From NCBI RefSeq assembly GCF_009914755.1, contig NC_060928.1: a stretch of 64,000 bases of DNA; one strand, 5' to 3'. Below are positions 14,581-28,189 of this stretch, in pieces. The notes under the pieces were generated by a model. That model saw nothing but the letters and a program-made list of their open reading frames with translations. It had not been told where the DNA came from and did not search any database. The position numbers and the translations under genes were made by a program. Source of the DNA: the human T2T-CHM13v2.0 reference genome, Homo sapiens. Numbering within the stretch: position 1 is the first letter of the stretch; the number at the start of each line of letters is the position of its first letter.

Positions 14581-17500
14581 TCTTCAAACTTTTTTAACAA
14601 GTCTTGGCTTTGCCGTTCGATTTGATTTTCTAAAAGGAAAAGCTTACTTGAATAAGGTGGAAGAGAAATAAGGGAAGCTTTAGTAAGTACTGTTTGTACA
14701 ATCCTTTGTATGAGCCTACAGATGCATGGTATGACACAACCTTAACAAGAATGAATGCACTTATTATGACAGCAAGAGAAATAAGAATTGAGGCTATGAT
14801 TCCTTTCCATTTACTAAACTACTTTCTTAGCTATCCTGAAATAGGGTCATTGACTCTAGAATTTTTAGTTAATTCATTGGATAAAGCGAAAAGTACTTGC
14901 AAGGCCTTTGTTATGCTCCTATTGGGGTCATTGTTGTTTGAGATGAAGGTACAACATTGGGTTTTAATCATAACACAAACTCTACTTTTTGGTCAATAAC
15001 ATGTCTAGAGCTATTCTGTTTTCCTAAGCCATTTGGCTAGTAGGCCTTAATTGGCCAGCTACTCTTTTGATAGCATCCTTGGTGTAATTAATAAACCACT
15101 GATGATTATAATAGATGTAATTTATCTAAGCTACATTTTTATTAATAGTTATCTGTAAAAATATAGATTCAAATCTTGCAGCTATTTGGTCATGGGCTTT
15201 GAATCTGTCAGGCACTCCCTGTGGGACTCTAATGGCATCTATGTAAACTTGAGAGTCAAAAGACCCATAAGGGGCTTCTCTTATTTTTCAGTGTTGTGGT
15301 TTTTCTTTTTCTGGTTGATGAAATGCTAGAGTGAAAGGGATAGCCAATTGGACAAGAGCACAAGTGCTGCTCCAGTTACTTGGCAGAGTGTCCATTAAGG
15401 GTCCACTGCAATACTACTATACGTCTGCTCGAGGATGACTAAGGGCAGACTGATGGGTAAGCTCTTGGAAGGGCTTGAGCTCACTACATCTTGTTAAGCT
15501 TCTAAGGAATACCAAGTTCTCCCCCTGTTGTGTGAGACACAAGGTGAAATTGATGTTGGGAGATGGAAGCTGGATGGCCCTTGGGGGCTGCCTTCAGGGT
15601 GTTGAACTTCAGGATGTAACAGAGAGAGAGCTTGGCATGACTTGTTGCCACAGGCTGTGGAATCCTGGAAAAGAGCTACTATACAGCTTATGTCTGGTAG
15701 ACTGAAGGACTGTCTCAGTGGAAAGGGGACAATCTGGGCCTCTGGTCTGCCATGCGCACAAGCATAACAATTGCTTTTGTTTAACATGTGGATGGAATAT
15801 TGGATCTATTGCAACCAGGCATTTACATCTTGATATCCTGTTTCAACTGCTAGAGTTTGTCTTAGATCCTTCACTTCTACAATATTTACTTTGGCATTGT
15901 TGTCGGGCAGGGTAGAAGGTTTAGAAGGAGAAGGGAAGGGGGGCAATAAAGCATATTTTGAAAAAGCCTATAGGGTCGTATCTATTGTCCTCTGCTCCTA
16001 AGCTGTAAAAGCATTCTAAAGGGGGTGCAGGGTTGGTGGAGGTAGGGGCATTAATGGAGATAATCACTGATCCAACGGTAAGGTTGACAGTTAGAGGGGG
16101 TGGTTCTTTTGGAAAGGCAGAGGTAAGATTTAGGTTGGTACAGCCTTTTGTGGGGAAGTCCTGCCATGTTCTCTGGTGGTTAGGATGACATCTGCCTTTT
16201 GAGAACATATTTCTTAACTTGGGGTGTCTTGGTACCTCCGCCATGAGCAAGGCGCAGGGTCAGTGGCTTCTCTGAAGTGGTAGAGATATTTTTCTAAAGT
16301 AGAGATTTGCCTTTGCCATTGTTCGTACTCCTCACAAGGTATAACAAGGCAAGCATCAAAGGTAATGATATGGGGTGAGTCTGACTTAGTTACCTTGATA
16401 ACAAGGTCAGCAATAGAATGAGGAAAGAAGAAAGAATAATAGAATAGATGAAAGAGAGTTAAACTTTTCTTAGCTTTAGTTTGAGGGAGTTCTCCTCTTG
16501 GATAATGGCCTATGACTTCAGGGGTGGCGGTGCTTTCTTGACTTGGGTGTGATGGGTCCATCCTTTTTCTGCTGTCCAGACTGCAGTTTCAGTGGTTAGA
16601 AGCACTAGGTAAGGTCCCTCCCAGGTTGGCTTGAGTTTTCCTTCTTTCTAGCTTTTGATGAGGACGTGATCCTTGGGCTGATGCTGATGTGCCGGGAACT
16701 CTAGAGATGGCACTTATACTATGAGACTTTTGGTTTCAAGAAAAGAGAAAGTAGAGGAGAGACCAAGTATGTAATTCCTGAGGAATTGGTCTTTTGTTTT
16801 AAATGTGGGAATGTCAGCAGTGGAGTGTAAATAAGGCACTCTCTAGACTATCTCATAAGGAGAAAGGCTTATACTTTCTGAGGGGCAGTCCAGATTTTTA
16901 ACAGGGCAACAGGAAGGTATTTGGTTTATGGTGACTGAGTCTCTAGAACTGATTTGGTTAAGTGGTTCTTTAAAATCTGATTTGTCTTATTTACTTTCCT
17001 TAATGAAGATGGGTGCCAAGGAGTATGATATTTAATGTCTAGGGCTTGGGATAGCTTTTTAATGATTTTAAACTTGGACACTATATTTTCAATTAATGCT
17101 ATAACTGTATTATTGGCTATTGCATCTGCAAAGGGAATAGCTTTGACTTAGTGAGTGAGGTGATTTATTACCATTAATAAGTATTTTAGATGACTTATTG
17201 GAGATGTCTCTGTAATCAATTTAGGTACTTTGGAGTGGTCTTAAGCTTGGACTCCTTCTCCTGAGGGGTAATTTCTTTTGTAGTTCGTTTATCAGTAAGC
17301 AACTATCTGTAACTTGTTTGGCCAGGGTATAAATTCTCATACATTTATAAATTTTAAGAACTGTGTTACACATGGTTTGGGGTCCCTAGTGGGTCTTCTG
17401 ATGCAGATGGGACAGGATATCTTTTTGTTGTCCTGTTTGTTAACAAGATAGAGAAAGTTCATTCTGAGCTTTCTCTAGCATCTATTTTTCATTAGCTTTT

Positions 17501-19509
17501 CTTTCTCAGTGGCAGAGAAAACAGGGATCAGGGTAGGAGGAGGAAGGTAAGGAGTTAAGTGGAAAACAGACATTTCAGAAGAAACAGCGGCCTGCTTGAC
17601 TTATCTGATCTGCTACGTTATTTCCTTGATTCTTGAAAGACAAGCTTTTTCTGGTGTCCAGGGACATGGACAGACAATAGTTATTTCTTCTGGCACTGAA
17701 GGTTATTCAATACTTGGGTGATTAACTCCTTATGAACAAGGTTTTGGCCTTTACTATTAATAAGACTTTATTCAGTCTAAAACTTTTTTAAATGTATAAG
17801 GCTTGACTAAGTGCAAACAGCTCACAAGTTTGAACAGACTAATTATTAGGCAATTTTCCTGACTCTATTTCTTTAAGAGCTTCTCTATCAATTACTGAAC
17901 ACCTGTTGTGTCTTTTTCCTTCAATCACTTGGGAGGAATCACCTATAAACAAGTATTGTCTCATCCTGAAAGGAATTTCTCCTAGATTTGGATCTCTTGT
18001 TAAGAAACTTGCTGGGTCAAGTGAAGTATTAGTAGTTAACGTAAATCATCCTTTTTTTTTAATAGAATAGTTTCATACTTACACACAAGTAATACTTTTC
18101 TAGTGGTACATTTCTACTTCTAACACTGGCTCAACTACAACAAATGCTAGTGGATATATCAGCTGGAAGATTATTTACTTGCTTAGGAAAATTAGCTGTG
18201 GGGGTGCCTAGCTGCCTGGAGCTTCAGCTGAAGCCTTGCACTACTTGGCCCTGGCAGAAGTAAGGCAGACGTCCTATAATACAGGCTGCTCAGGGTATGG
18301 GCTGTGGCCCGATCTGCATGTCCTGTGGAGGCGCCATTGACATGGTGCCTGCACGCCGGACCAGCTGGGAGGCAGGAGTGTGGGCTCTGCCAATCATGGG
18401 GGTGCAACAGGGGCCAGACAATGCCGACGACACATTGTGGCAGATCTTTGACACTGACAACCTAACAAAAGCTGCCTGGTGACCTAGGTGCCTGGACAGG
18501 CGAAGGATCTGAAGTGGGGTCAGGGACAGAAACGACTGCTTGAGGGGAAGGGTTGAGGGCACTGAGAGGGGAAGACGGTCTAGGGGATCCTATGTGCTAG
18601 AGTATTTAGGCATGGGAAATGGCTTTTCTAACTTTTCATTATCTTTCTAACATTTTCACATGAAACTTAGGGGACTATTGGAGGAGGTATTTTTAGTATC
18701 ATCTTTATCTTTTTTATTCCTTGTCTTGCTTGGGGTATGTCTTATGTTGGGTCCTAGTTAGGCTCAGTCCCTCGTATTAGAAATTTCTTGCCTATCCTTT
18801 TCTGCAGGCTTATTGAGGCTCAATTTTTCATATTAGAAATTTCTTGCCTATTATTCCTTGGGGGACTTGTTAAGGCTCAATCCTTCATATTAAGGATTTC
18901 ATGCCTATCCTTTAGCCTTACCTGCTGGAGGGTCTTTGCACTTTACTTTCACTTCATCCACTCTGGCTGCTTCCTTGGCGGGAATGTTTCAGGTCCTTCT
19001 TAGCATTGATGGTGGGTCAGTATAAACCCCTGATGGGACCCCCAAAGGGCTGCCCTAAGCTGTATAAGGTGACCACAGAACTGCAGATTGGACTCACTCA
19101 CTCTGCACAGCAGTAGTGCTTAGTACCACTCACACAAACAGCACCACAAATAGTAGCGCTTGTGATCATTCATACACACTTTCAACCTCCAGAATTCTGA
19201 CCACCAAGGAAATACTCTGTTGCCCCTGTGACTTTTCTTACTTTAGTCTGTGCACAGAGTTACCTGGTTGCCACGGTATGTGAGCCTCATTTCTTCAAGT
19301 TGCCAGCTTTTTTATTCCTTGCATTGCTGAGAGTTTGGGTTTATTTGTCTCACTGTGTGGGTCTCATTCCTTTACCCCTGAGGCCACCACAACTAGGCAG
19401 CAGGGCACATCTCCTCACAGGAGAGGACTAGAGGCCCTTCCTCAGAGGAGAATGGGAAACCTGCACAAGCCCCCAGAGGAGAATGGGAATCCCGGATGAG
19501 CTCCCAGAT
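14581..19509 (-). mobile_element. ERV1 internal region: leader, gag stub, pol (RNase H/integrase), env; degenerate
   Basis: env TM ENRIALDMLL immunosuppressive-like motif and CVMIKTQCC (CX6CC) at 14951-15024; SU CYACAHGRPEAQIVPFPL; integrase HTPWHP; PBS next to the LTR. Confidence 0.88.
19489..19506 (-). promoter_or_regulatory. Retroviral primer-binding site (tRNA-Pro)
   Basis: TGGGAGCTCATCCGGGAT, a 16/18 match to TGGGGGCTCGTCCGGGAT, 3 nt from the LTR end. Confidence 0.85.
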
Positions 19510-20036
19510 TGTTGGAGATAAAAATGCTCTAGAAATAAATGCTTGGTACCACAAAGTGAAACCAGCACTCAGGCAAAAGTTTTCTCAGCAAAGCAATTTA
19601 CTTCTGCAGACGGGTGCTACTCGTGTCAATCAGGGTCGCAAGAGCACAGGGAACAAAGGAAAGCAGGGGGTTTTTATAGTTAATGCAATTCCTACCTCTG
19701 TGTCTCTTCCCCATGGGCTGGGATTGGACCACACAATCTAAACTGACCTGATTAGCTACTTGTAAATATTTTTCTAAATATGGAAGGGAAGGGGGACATG
19801 AGGTACAGTGGTGAAGCATGTGAGATGTACAGTTTTGGGGGAACAATGGGTGCAGGTAACTAAGAGAAAAGATGTGAGCTATTGATTAGAGCTGACGGAA
19901 AGGGGGTAGGCTGTTTACAGTAACTAGGAGCAAGGTGGCATGTAGAACAAGAAAGTTAGATTTGAGAACAAAGGGCAAGGAAGTTAGCAGGCTAAACTTT
20001 TGAAGAGAAACTCACAGAAATTCATCGTATCCTACA
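19510..20036 (-). mobile_element. 5' LTR of the provirus (MER61-like, ERV1)
   Basis: TGTAGGATACGATG...TCTCCAACA termini, 527 bp, followed by the PBS; family name from recall. Confidence 0.75.
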
Positions 20037-22100
20037 AGACTTTCCCTACTGCACCCAGCACTACAATTGGGTCTTTGCTGTGAGAAACTACCCACCAGCC
20101 AAAATATCTGCTTTTCAGATTCTTTTGTCTTACAGGGTGATCCCTTGATATGGTGCTCTCCCCCTACCCCTAGGGATGCGGCTTCCTGAGAGCTGGACTG
20201 CAGCAATTGTTACTGTTCTTCTGTGTCCAGCCACCCAGCAGAGCTAACAGGCACTGGGCTGGTGCTAGGGAATGCCTACAAAGAGTCCAGTGATGTGACC
20301 AGGCTTCAGGTCTCCCAGCCATGGATACCAGCACCTGCTCTGGTGGAGGTGGCAGGGGAGAAACATAGACTTTGTGAGGATCTTTGGTTGTAGATATGTT
20401 TAGTGTGCTTTCTCAAATGCTGGTTATGCTAGCAGTGAAGTTGCCACTCAGATGGACTCAGGACCTCTGGTTAGCCCACATGTTGTAGGCAGTGGAATTA
20501 GCTGTTGATTTCTTCTTCTTGGGAGCAGTGTTATTGTCATGAGTTTCTGTAATCAGCTGAGTTGGTTGGCCTCCAGGCAGGAGGTAGCACTTGGAAGAGA
20601 GCACCAGCTACAGTATTAGCAGTGGGATATAAGCTTGCCCTACATTGGCTAGGGGAAGTGTTCTGGTTTCTCACGCAATGGTGGAAGGGGGGCACAAAGC
20701 TCCCTAGGGTTTATGTCTTTTGTGTTTGGCTACCAGAGTGCGTAGAGAAATACCATCAGGTTGGGGGAGGGCTAGGCAGGCCTGAGCTCACTCTTTTTGG
20801 ACAGGGCTTGCCATGGCCACTGTGGGGGAAGGAGGGGTGGTTCTGAAGCCAATGGAGTTATGTTCTAGGGGAAAGTATGGCTGCCTCTACTTAGCAGTAT
20901 TGTTCACCAGGGAAGTAGGGGATAGCTGGTAGCAAAAGGCCTTACCCAGCTCCTATGCAGTTGGTGAGGCCAATCTCACTCCCACGGTGCCCCGCTAATG
21001 GCACTGAGTTTATATCCGGGCAGCCTGCACAGAGAACTCAGACTTGCCCCAGGCCATAAGATTCCCTGCTGAGAAAGCAAGCAGGGCTTTCAGGCCTTGC
21101 CCCTCCCCATCTGCTCACAATGGTGGCAGCTTCTGCACTTGTATCTGCAGCAGTTCCTGTTCACTCCCCCACTAGTCTCCATCCTGGATTCTATTCAAGG
21201 AAGTCCATGCCCAATAGAGATTATCACAAAATTCACTTGGAAGCTTCTTTCACCCTGTGACCCCTCCCTAATTCTGCTGGCTGCCTTCCCTAAGGACCCC
21301 TGTGAATCAGGGTTGGTTTCCCCTAGCTTGAGCTGGAGACTGGGAGTGGCTGCAAGTCTCTTCCCACTGCTGTTTCTACTTTTATATTTCGTGTGGCTCT
21401 CTAAATCCATTCAAGCTGTAGGTAAGGTTAAGTCCTTCTCTGGTGATCTGGGTTTTCAGATTCCCCAGTGGGGATGTGTGTTCAGAGGCAGGTTTCCCCC
21501 GCTCACACTTTGGGAATTCACAGCTTTTCACCTGTGTATTAGTCTGTTCTCAAGCTGCTAATAAAGACATACCCGAGACTGGGTAATTTATAAAGGAAGA
21601 GGTTTAATTAACTCACGGTTCACCATGGCTGGGGAGGCCTCAAGAAACTTATAATCATGGTAGAGGGGAAGCAAATAGGTCTTTCTTCACATTGTGGGAT
21701 CAGAAAGAAGTGTCCAGCAAAAAGGGGGACAAGCCCCTTATGAAACCATCAGATCGCATGAGAACTCACTATCATGAGAACAACATGAGGGTAACTGCCG
21801 CCATGATTACATTACCTCCCACCAGTTCCCTCCCATTACATGTGGGGATTATGGGAACTACGTCTCAAGATGGGGTTTGGGTGGGGACACAGCCAACCAT
21901 ATTGACCTGTCTTTCTGAGTTTGCAGCAGTGTGCCATTTCTTTCAAAGATCTCTCAATTCTTTCAGTTTTCCTGGTACATTTGTGTGTGGTTCTTGGAAC
22001 AAAAGTTCACAGTGTGAATCTCCACACACTGTTCTGTCCATCCAAGTGGGAGATGCACGTTAACCCTGCCTCCTATCTGCCGTCTTCCGAAGCTCTTCTC
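20037..22100 (-). mobile_element. L1PB-type 5' UTR, same insertion as 13232-14326
   Basis: Ends in CCTGCCTCCTATCTGCCGTCTTCC (reverse of the L1PB 5' start); shared TSD at 13217-13231 and 22101-22115. Confidence 0.7.
21535..21904 (-). mobile_element. THE1 (THE1C-like) MaLR solo LTR
   Basis: TGTATTAGTCTGTTCTC...GGGGACACAGCCAACCATAT; 5-bp TSD ACCTG at 21530-34 and 21905-09. Confidence 0.9.
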
Positions 22101-22899
22101 CTGACTCCTAGTTTAAATGCACATTGTAGTCTATCTCCAGACCACAGTGTGGTTGAGAGCCATGGGAAATGTCTGTTTTGTGACTCTCCAAGGACATGGT
22201 TTCAGACATAACCCCGTCACTCAAACTGATACAGATAGCTTTAAGGCTCGCCTGTTCTCTGATGTGGCAGTATTGCTGCTTCTTGCAAAGCTGGGACCCC
22301 CCCCTTTAGGCCCGTGTAAGTGGGCGTTCATTGTGGTGGTGTTGGGTGGGTGGGTTGGCCTGACCTCAGGCCCTGGAGGAAGTGGTCAGGTGCCAGCAGA
22401 GTTGGAATGCGATAGGTAGTTCCCCAGTTCCCAGGCCCCTAGTGGGTGAATATATACAGACCTGGTGGATAGCATATATGGGTCCTGAAAGGGCTGGACA
22501 TTTTTAGCTATGTCTAGTTTTCTACACAGCTCATCCATTGAGTTTTTAACTTCAGTTATTATTTTTATCTGTTATGAAATTTGCATTCAATTTTTATTCC
22601 ATTCTTCTCATGAAATTCTCCATCTAATTTATATTCTTAAACAAATTAAATACAATCTTTTAAAAGCCTGTGTGTATCTGATAATGCCAATATCTGGATC
22701 ATCTGTGGGTTTGATTTTATTTCTGTTTTTTTCTCTAGTCCTGTCCCATAGTATACTTGATACTTTTAAAATTAAATGTCATACATATATATGAAAAATT
22801 ATATAGGATCTGGATAATATTATATTCATCCAGAGAAGATGTAGCTTCTTTTTGCCATGCAGTGAAAATAGGCACAGCTCTCTTTATCTTTGTGATTAA

Positions 22900-23253
<354 letters not shown>

Positions 23254-24244
23254 CATATGTACTTTTAAGATATAGATTTTCAGGAGTCCCAACTAATAGT
23301 TTGGGGCATCTTCTAGGATCTCAACTCCTTGGCAGACTTTGAAATAATTTTTATCTCCCTGTTCAGAGAGAATACCTGAAGTTTGACTCAGCTTCCTAAC
23401 CTGCTGCTTTGCATGTTAAGAGTCAGAAAACGCCTTGAGGGGTACCCATTCAGAGTTAACTTCTCCATATTTACTTTCTCTCCAGGATTTTGGCTTCTTA
23501 CATCCTTGTTCTCTTTTCATTCTCAAACCACTACTTTTATTTCTCTAACATCAAGAGACTACCAAAAGCTCTGTTCAGCATCTTCGCCTCTTTGAGAGCC
23601 ATTTTGCTTGGCTTCTGAGCCTCTTGCTCCTGCACTGATGAATAGTTGACAAATTACTTAAGAGGAAAAGTTGAGAAGAATATGGCAATCACCTTTATGC
23701 ATATTCCTAAGGACCATCCGCTCGACTTAGATTTAGCAGAAAGAAGGTAACTCTGGTTTTCAGAAAATAAAAACCCAGATATTTTAGTTAGGATTCTAGT
23801 CTTTATTTTAGCCTCTTTAGGATGTTTCCAGTCTAAGGATTGAGTCTAAAGACTAATACCCACAGGAAAGTTTCAAATACTTCTGTTTGACCAAGGGTGG
23901 CAAAGACCTGGCACATGTGTGGCTATTTTTCTATCTGGCTCCAATTGTGGTTCTGGCTAAGTGATCATGGCACCCCTTTTTTGTGACTCCAGAAAATGTG
24001 TTAGAATCCTTACCAACAAAACACACAAGCCAGGACTTGGCTTACACAAGAAACTTGTCAGACATGCCTGTCTTCGGCATTAGGCTTGCGATTGGGCTGC
24101 TTGTCATGAGGTGAATAGTAACGTCATTCAGGGTGTCAGCCCAAGGCTAGAGTCATTGATTAGATATCTGGTTGTGCACAGCATTGGTACAGGACCCAGG
24201 CATATAACTCAGTGTCTTCTCCACCTCTTCTTGATCCTGCTTAT

Positions 24245-24853
24245 TGTAAATGAAAAATAAAATTCCAGGTCCCCCAACCATCTGAATGGATCCCTTATCT
24301 CAACCAAGGGCATTCCAAAGTTAACCTGAAAAACTAGTTCAGGCCTTGATGGGAAGATGGTGTTGGACATGCCTGATTATACCTCCTCCCTTTCAGAATT
24401 ACTGATGGAACAGATTAATTAAGTCTGATAAGAAACATTTACATTCTTTTCTCCCTGAAGCCTTGCTACCTGGAGTCTTCACCTGAATGATAAAAGCCTG
24501 GTCTCCACAATCCCTTACCTCAACCTGGACGTTCATTTTTATTGGTTCCAAGTCTTTAGATAATAACCAAATGCCAATCGCAAAATCTTTGAACCCACCT
24601 ATGACCCGAAAGCACCCCCTACCCACCACTTCCAGTTGTTCCACCTTTCCAGACTGAACCAATACACATCTTAACATGTATTGACTGATAGCTTATATCT
24701 TCCTAAATTACATAAAACCAACCTGTAGCCTGACCCCCTTGGGCGCATGTTCTCAGGACTCCTGAGGGCTGTGTCATGGGTATTGCTCACTCATATTTGG
24801 CTCAGAATAAACCTCTTCAAATATTTTACAGAGTTTGACTTTTTTTGCTGACA
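24245..24853 (+). mobile_element. MER4-type (MER4B/D-like) ERV1 solo LTR
   Basis: TGTAAA..AAAAATAAAATTC start, AATAAA at 24806-11, ...GACA end. Confidence 0.8.
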
Positions 24854-26034
24854 TTTTGTATAGTGGTAGAGTCCAATGGTGAGTTTGTAAACTGATTTCA
24901 TACTAATGAGTTAGTATTGTAGTCCCTTTTAAAAGAAATATTGCTAACCCAAGCTGGCCTACCCAAAGCATGTTTGGGTCGGGGAAGAGTACACATGGAG
25001 GCCCTAGGCCCACCCCCCACCATTTTTTATCTCACTGTGGATGGCGTTGTGCATGTGGATGTGACACCCCAGCTTATATATAGAGGGTCTGTAAACAATC
25101 CTCCCAACAGGGAACTCCTAGGCACCCTTCTGCCCAGGGTGCCATGCCTAGGTACATGGCTCTGCTCTCACGAGCATGAGGAGAAGACTGGGCAGGTCCT
25201 AGGAGGGGCTCAGAGCTGTTTGGGCAGGGTAATGGGATTCTGGATACCAGAGTGTGGTCTGGACAAGGTGACTGGCACAGTCCCCCTGACAACAGTCTCC
25301 TTGGTCCTTCCAGAGCAGTGCGTGGTGGGGGCAGCATAGTCAGAGTGGCTGGACAAGGCAGAGCCCACTAAAGCCTGAGGCCCAAGGCAGGACACCAACT
25401 GCCCACGTCTGAGGACAGTACTAAACCCAAATTGCTCTGCCTAGTGGCATTTCAGGCAGTATTATAAATAGATATTGAAAAATACAGGCAGAGTGAAGAA
25501 CAGGTAACTCAGGGTAGTCTGCCCACAGGCTTAGCTTCACTAAGCCATTTTACTAATTTTCTTCCTTTCCTCTTCTTGGGAATCAGAGAGCTCACAGAAA
25601 TCTCCAGGCTTGTTTTTTTTGACTCACAAGACTTTCAAATTGGCAGCTGCAGTTAGTGAGGAGGGAGGGAAAAAGATAGAGATGGGAGTCCATTTAGGAA
25701 GGACAGAGATGTGTGTGGGGAGGGAACATTTATTCCCAGGAGAGGGCTCCAGTGATCTGTGCTCCGCTTTGCTGACTCTTTTGCTACTCTTCCCTTTCTA
25801 CCCCATCCCCAGGCTCTCAAATTACAGACTTTAAACTGGGCATAGTATGTCTTCCCATTTCCAAACTGTCCGTCTGTAGATGGGGAAGGAAAACCGTAGA
25901 AAATATCCATGGAAGTGTAGACAAGTGACTGTGTTACCTGCTGACGCCTGGTTCAGGTAGCTTGGCCCTGTTGCTCCTCTCAATACCTTGGGGTCAGTCA
26001 GAGCTAAAGGTGACAGTCAGAAATAGAATGTGTA

Positions 26035-26443
26035 GGCTGGGCACGGTGGCTTACGCCTGTAATCTCAGCAATTTGGGAGGCCAAGGCAGGTGGATCACTT
26101 GAGGTCAGGAGTTCAAGACCAGCCTGGCTAACATGGTGAAACCCCATCTCTGCTAAAAAATGTGGTGGGGGACACCTGTAAACTCAGATACTCGGAAACT
26201 GAGGCAGAAGAATTGCCTGAACCCGGGAGGCAGAGGTCGCAGTGAGCCAAAATCATGACACTACACTCCAGCCTGGGCAACAAGAGTGGAACTCCGTCTA
26301 AAAAAAAAAAAAAAAAAGATATGGAATGCGTAGCTGGGTGCTGTGGCTCACACCTATAATCCAAGCTACCTGGGAGACTGAGAGTTCAAGACCATCCTGA
26401 ACAACATAGCACGACCCCATCTCTTAAAAAAAAGGAAAAGAAA
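26035..26443 (+). mobile_element. AluS (26035-26316) followed by a FLAM/Alu monomer (26333-26443)
   Basis: Two SINE units separated and flanked by three copies of a 16-bp TSD-like motif. Confidence 0.85.
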
Positions 26444-26737
26444 AGAAACAGAATGTGAAAATCTCTAAGGGGGCTGGCCTCCTTTACTCTGGATGTTCTT
26501 GAAATTCAGCCTAGCTCTTTTACTTAGTGAGCTCTTTATGTCTTTCTCCCACATGTGTACAGTTCTCTCTCTCTCTCTCTCTTCCTCTTTGTCTCACCAA
26601 ATCTAGGAAAGAAAATTATCCTACTTTGTGTGCTGGTGGTGTTGTCTGTGAGCTTCTTAGTGGAATACTGGAAGGCCCACCCTGCTTCCATCTTTCTGAC
26701 AAGGTCCAGGCTGTATTGTTTTAAAAGTAATGCCCTT

Positions 26738-27089
<352 letters not shown>

Positions 27090-28189
27090 TCATTTAATTT
27101 GGATCATTTTGACCTTTAAGTTTCTTTATTCAGATCTTTAATATTTTTAAGGGAGCTGTTAAAAGAGGAATTGAGTTTGCCTCCTTTGCAGAGAAAATTA
27201 AAAGTGTACCATGACACTGAGTGCCCTTGGAGAGGGGGAGATCTTTGGAAGTTTGAAGGGTGATCCTAGAAGGTGCTTTTGTATGTGATTGTAGAGCGGG
27301 CAGAGAAAAAAAAAATGGCCTCCACCCATTGTGTTTCTCCATGAGCTCTGACTGTGAGTGAGGCCACTGGGGAGTCACCTGTTCCCACAGGCTGGCGCTC
27401 TGATGGAAAAGTGCCAGTTAGGCAGGCCATGGAGGAGGGCTCTGCGACCCATGAGACACTGGCACTGCAGGAATATGACGTTGGCAGTGTTTTAGGAGGG
27501 GATTTTGCCAGCTTAAGGCCATGAACCCAAGAGGAAATTAGATTTTAAGCAGAAATAAAATCCTGTGGAAATATTTAATGTTAGGTGATGTTTGCATCAT
27601 GAAGGACATCATCTCTCTTCCATTGAATCTTTTCCTCTTTTTGTCCGTGGCTTCCTGTGTCTGTAATAGAATAATCCATTGTCTCTGCTGAGTGCTGTCT
27701 GGAGCAGAAGCTTTTGTCAAGCTCTTCTTGATAATATCATTTCAGTTACACTTGAATTCAAAGCTCTTCTCTCTTTTTTTTTTCCTAAGTGTCTCTAGCA
27801 TTAAGGGAGGAATGGATCCTTTTAGTTTTGACCACAGAAATAAAACTTCAATCAGAACATGTTGAACGCTGGCTTCAAATTTAGTCACCAGGAATGGTCT
27901 TTAGCCCAACATTACCCCCTAGTGGGATAAAATAGAATAGATATTAATGAGGTTATGTGGGATGCATTTGAATGGGTGTAACTAGATGCTCTGGCTTGGG
28001 CCTGCTCTGTGACAGATACAAGTGGCTGTTAAGGCCCCATGGAAAAATGCATCTCCCCAGCTCTTTGGAAAGCCACTGGCCTTCAGTGAGCGTGGAGCAA
28101 TTCCTTCTGCTTAATAACCCCCTCTTTCTCTTTCATTTTATTCTCTCGTTGTTGTCATAGTGAATGGCATTTAAGAACTGGAGAAACAA

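Noticed and set aside
14581-16561. Domesticated env (syncytin-like) gene
   Set aside because: Fragmented by stops and frameshifts (a stop just before ENRIALD) and truncated by the Alu/deletion junction
24941-25398. Overlapping 132/87/62-aa ORFs in a GC-richer patch
   Set aside because: No recognisable protein, splice structure or poly(A)/TSD; treated as chance ORFs
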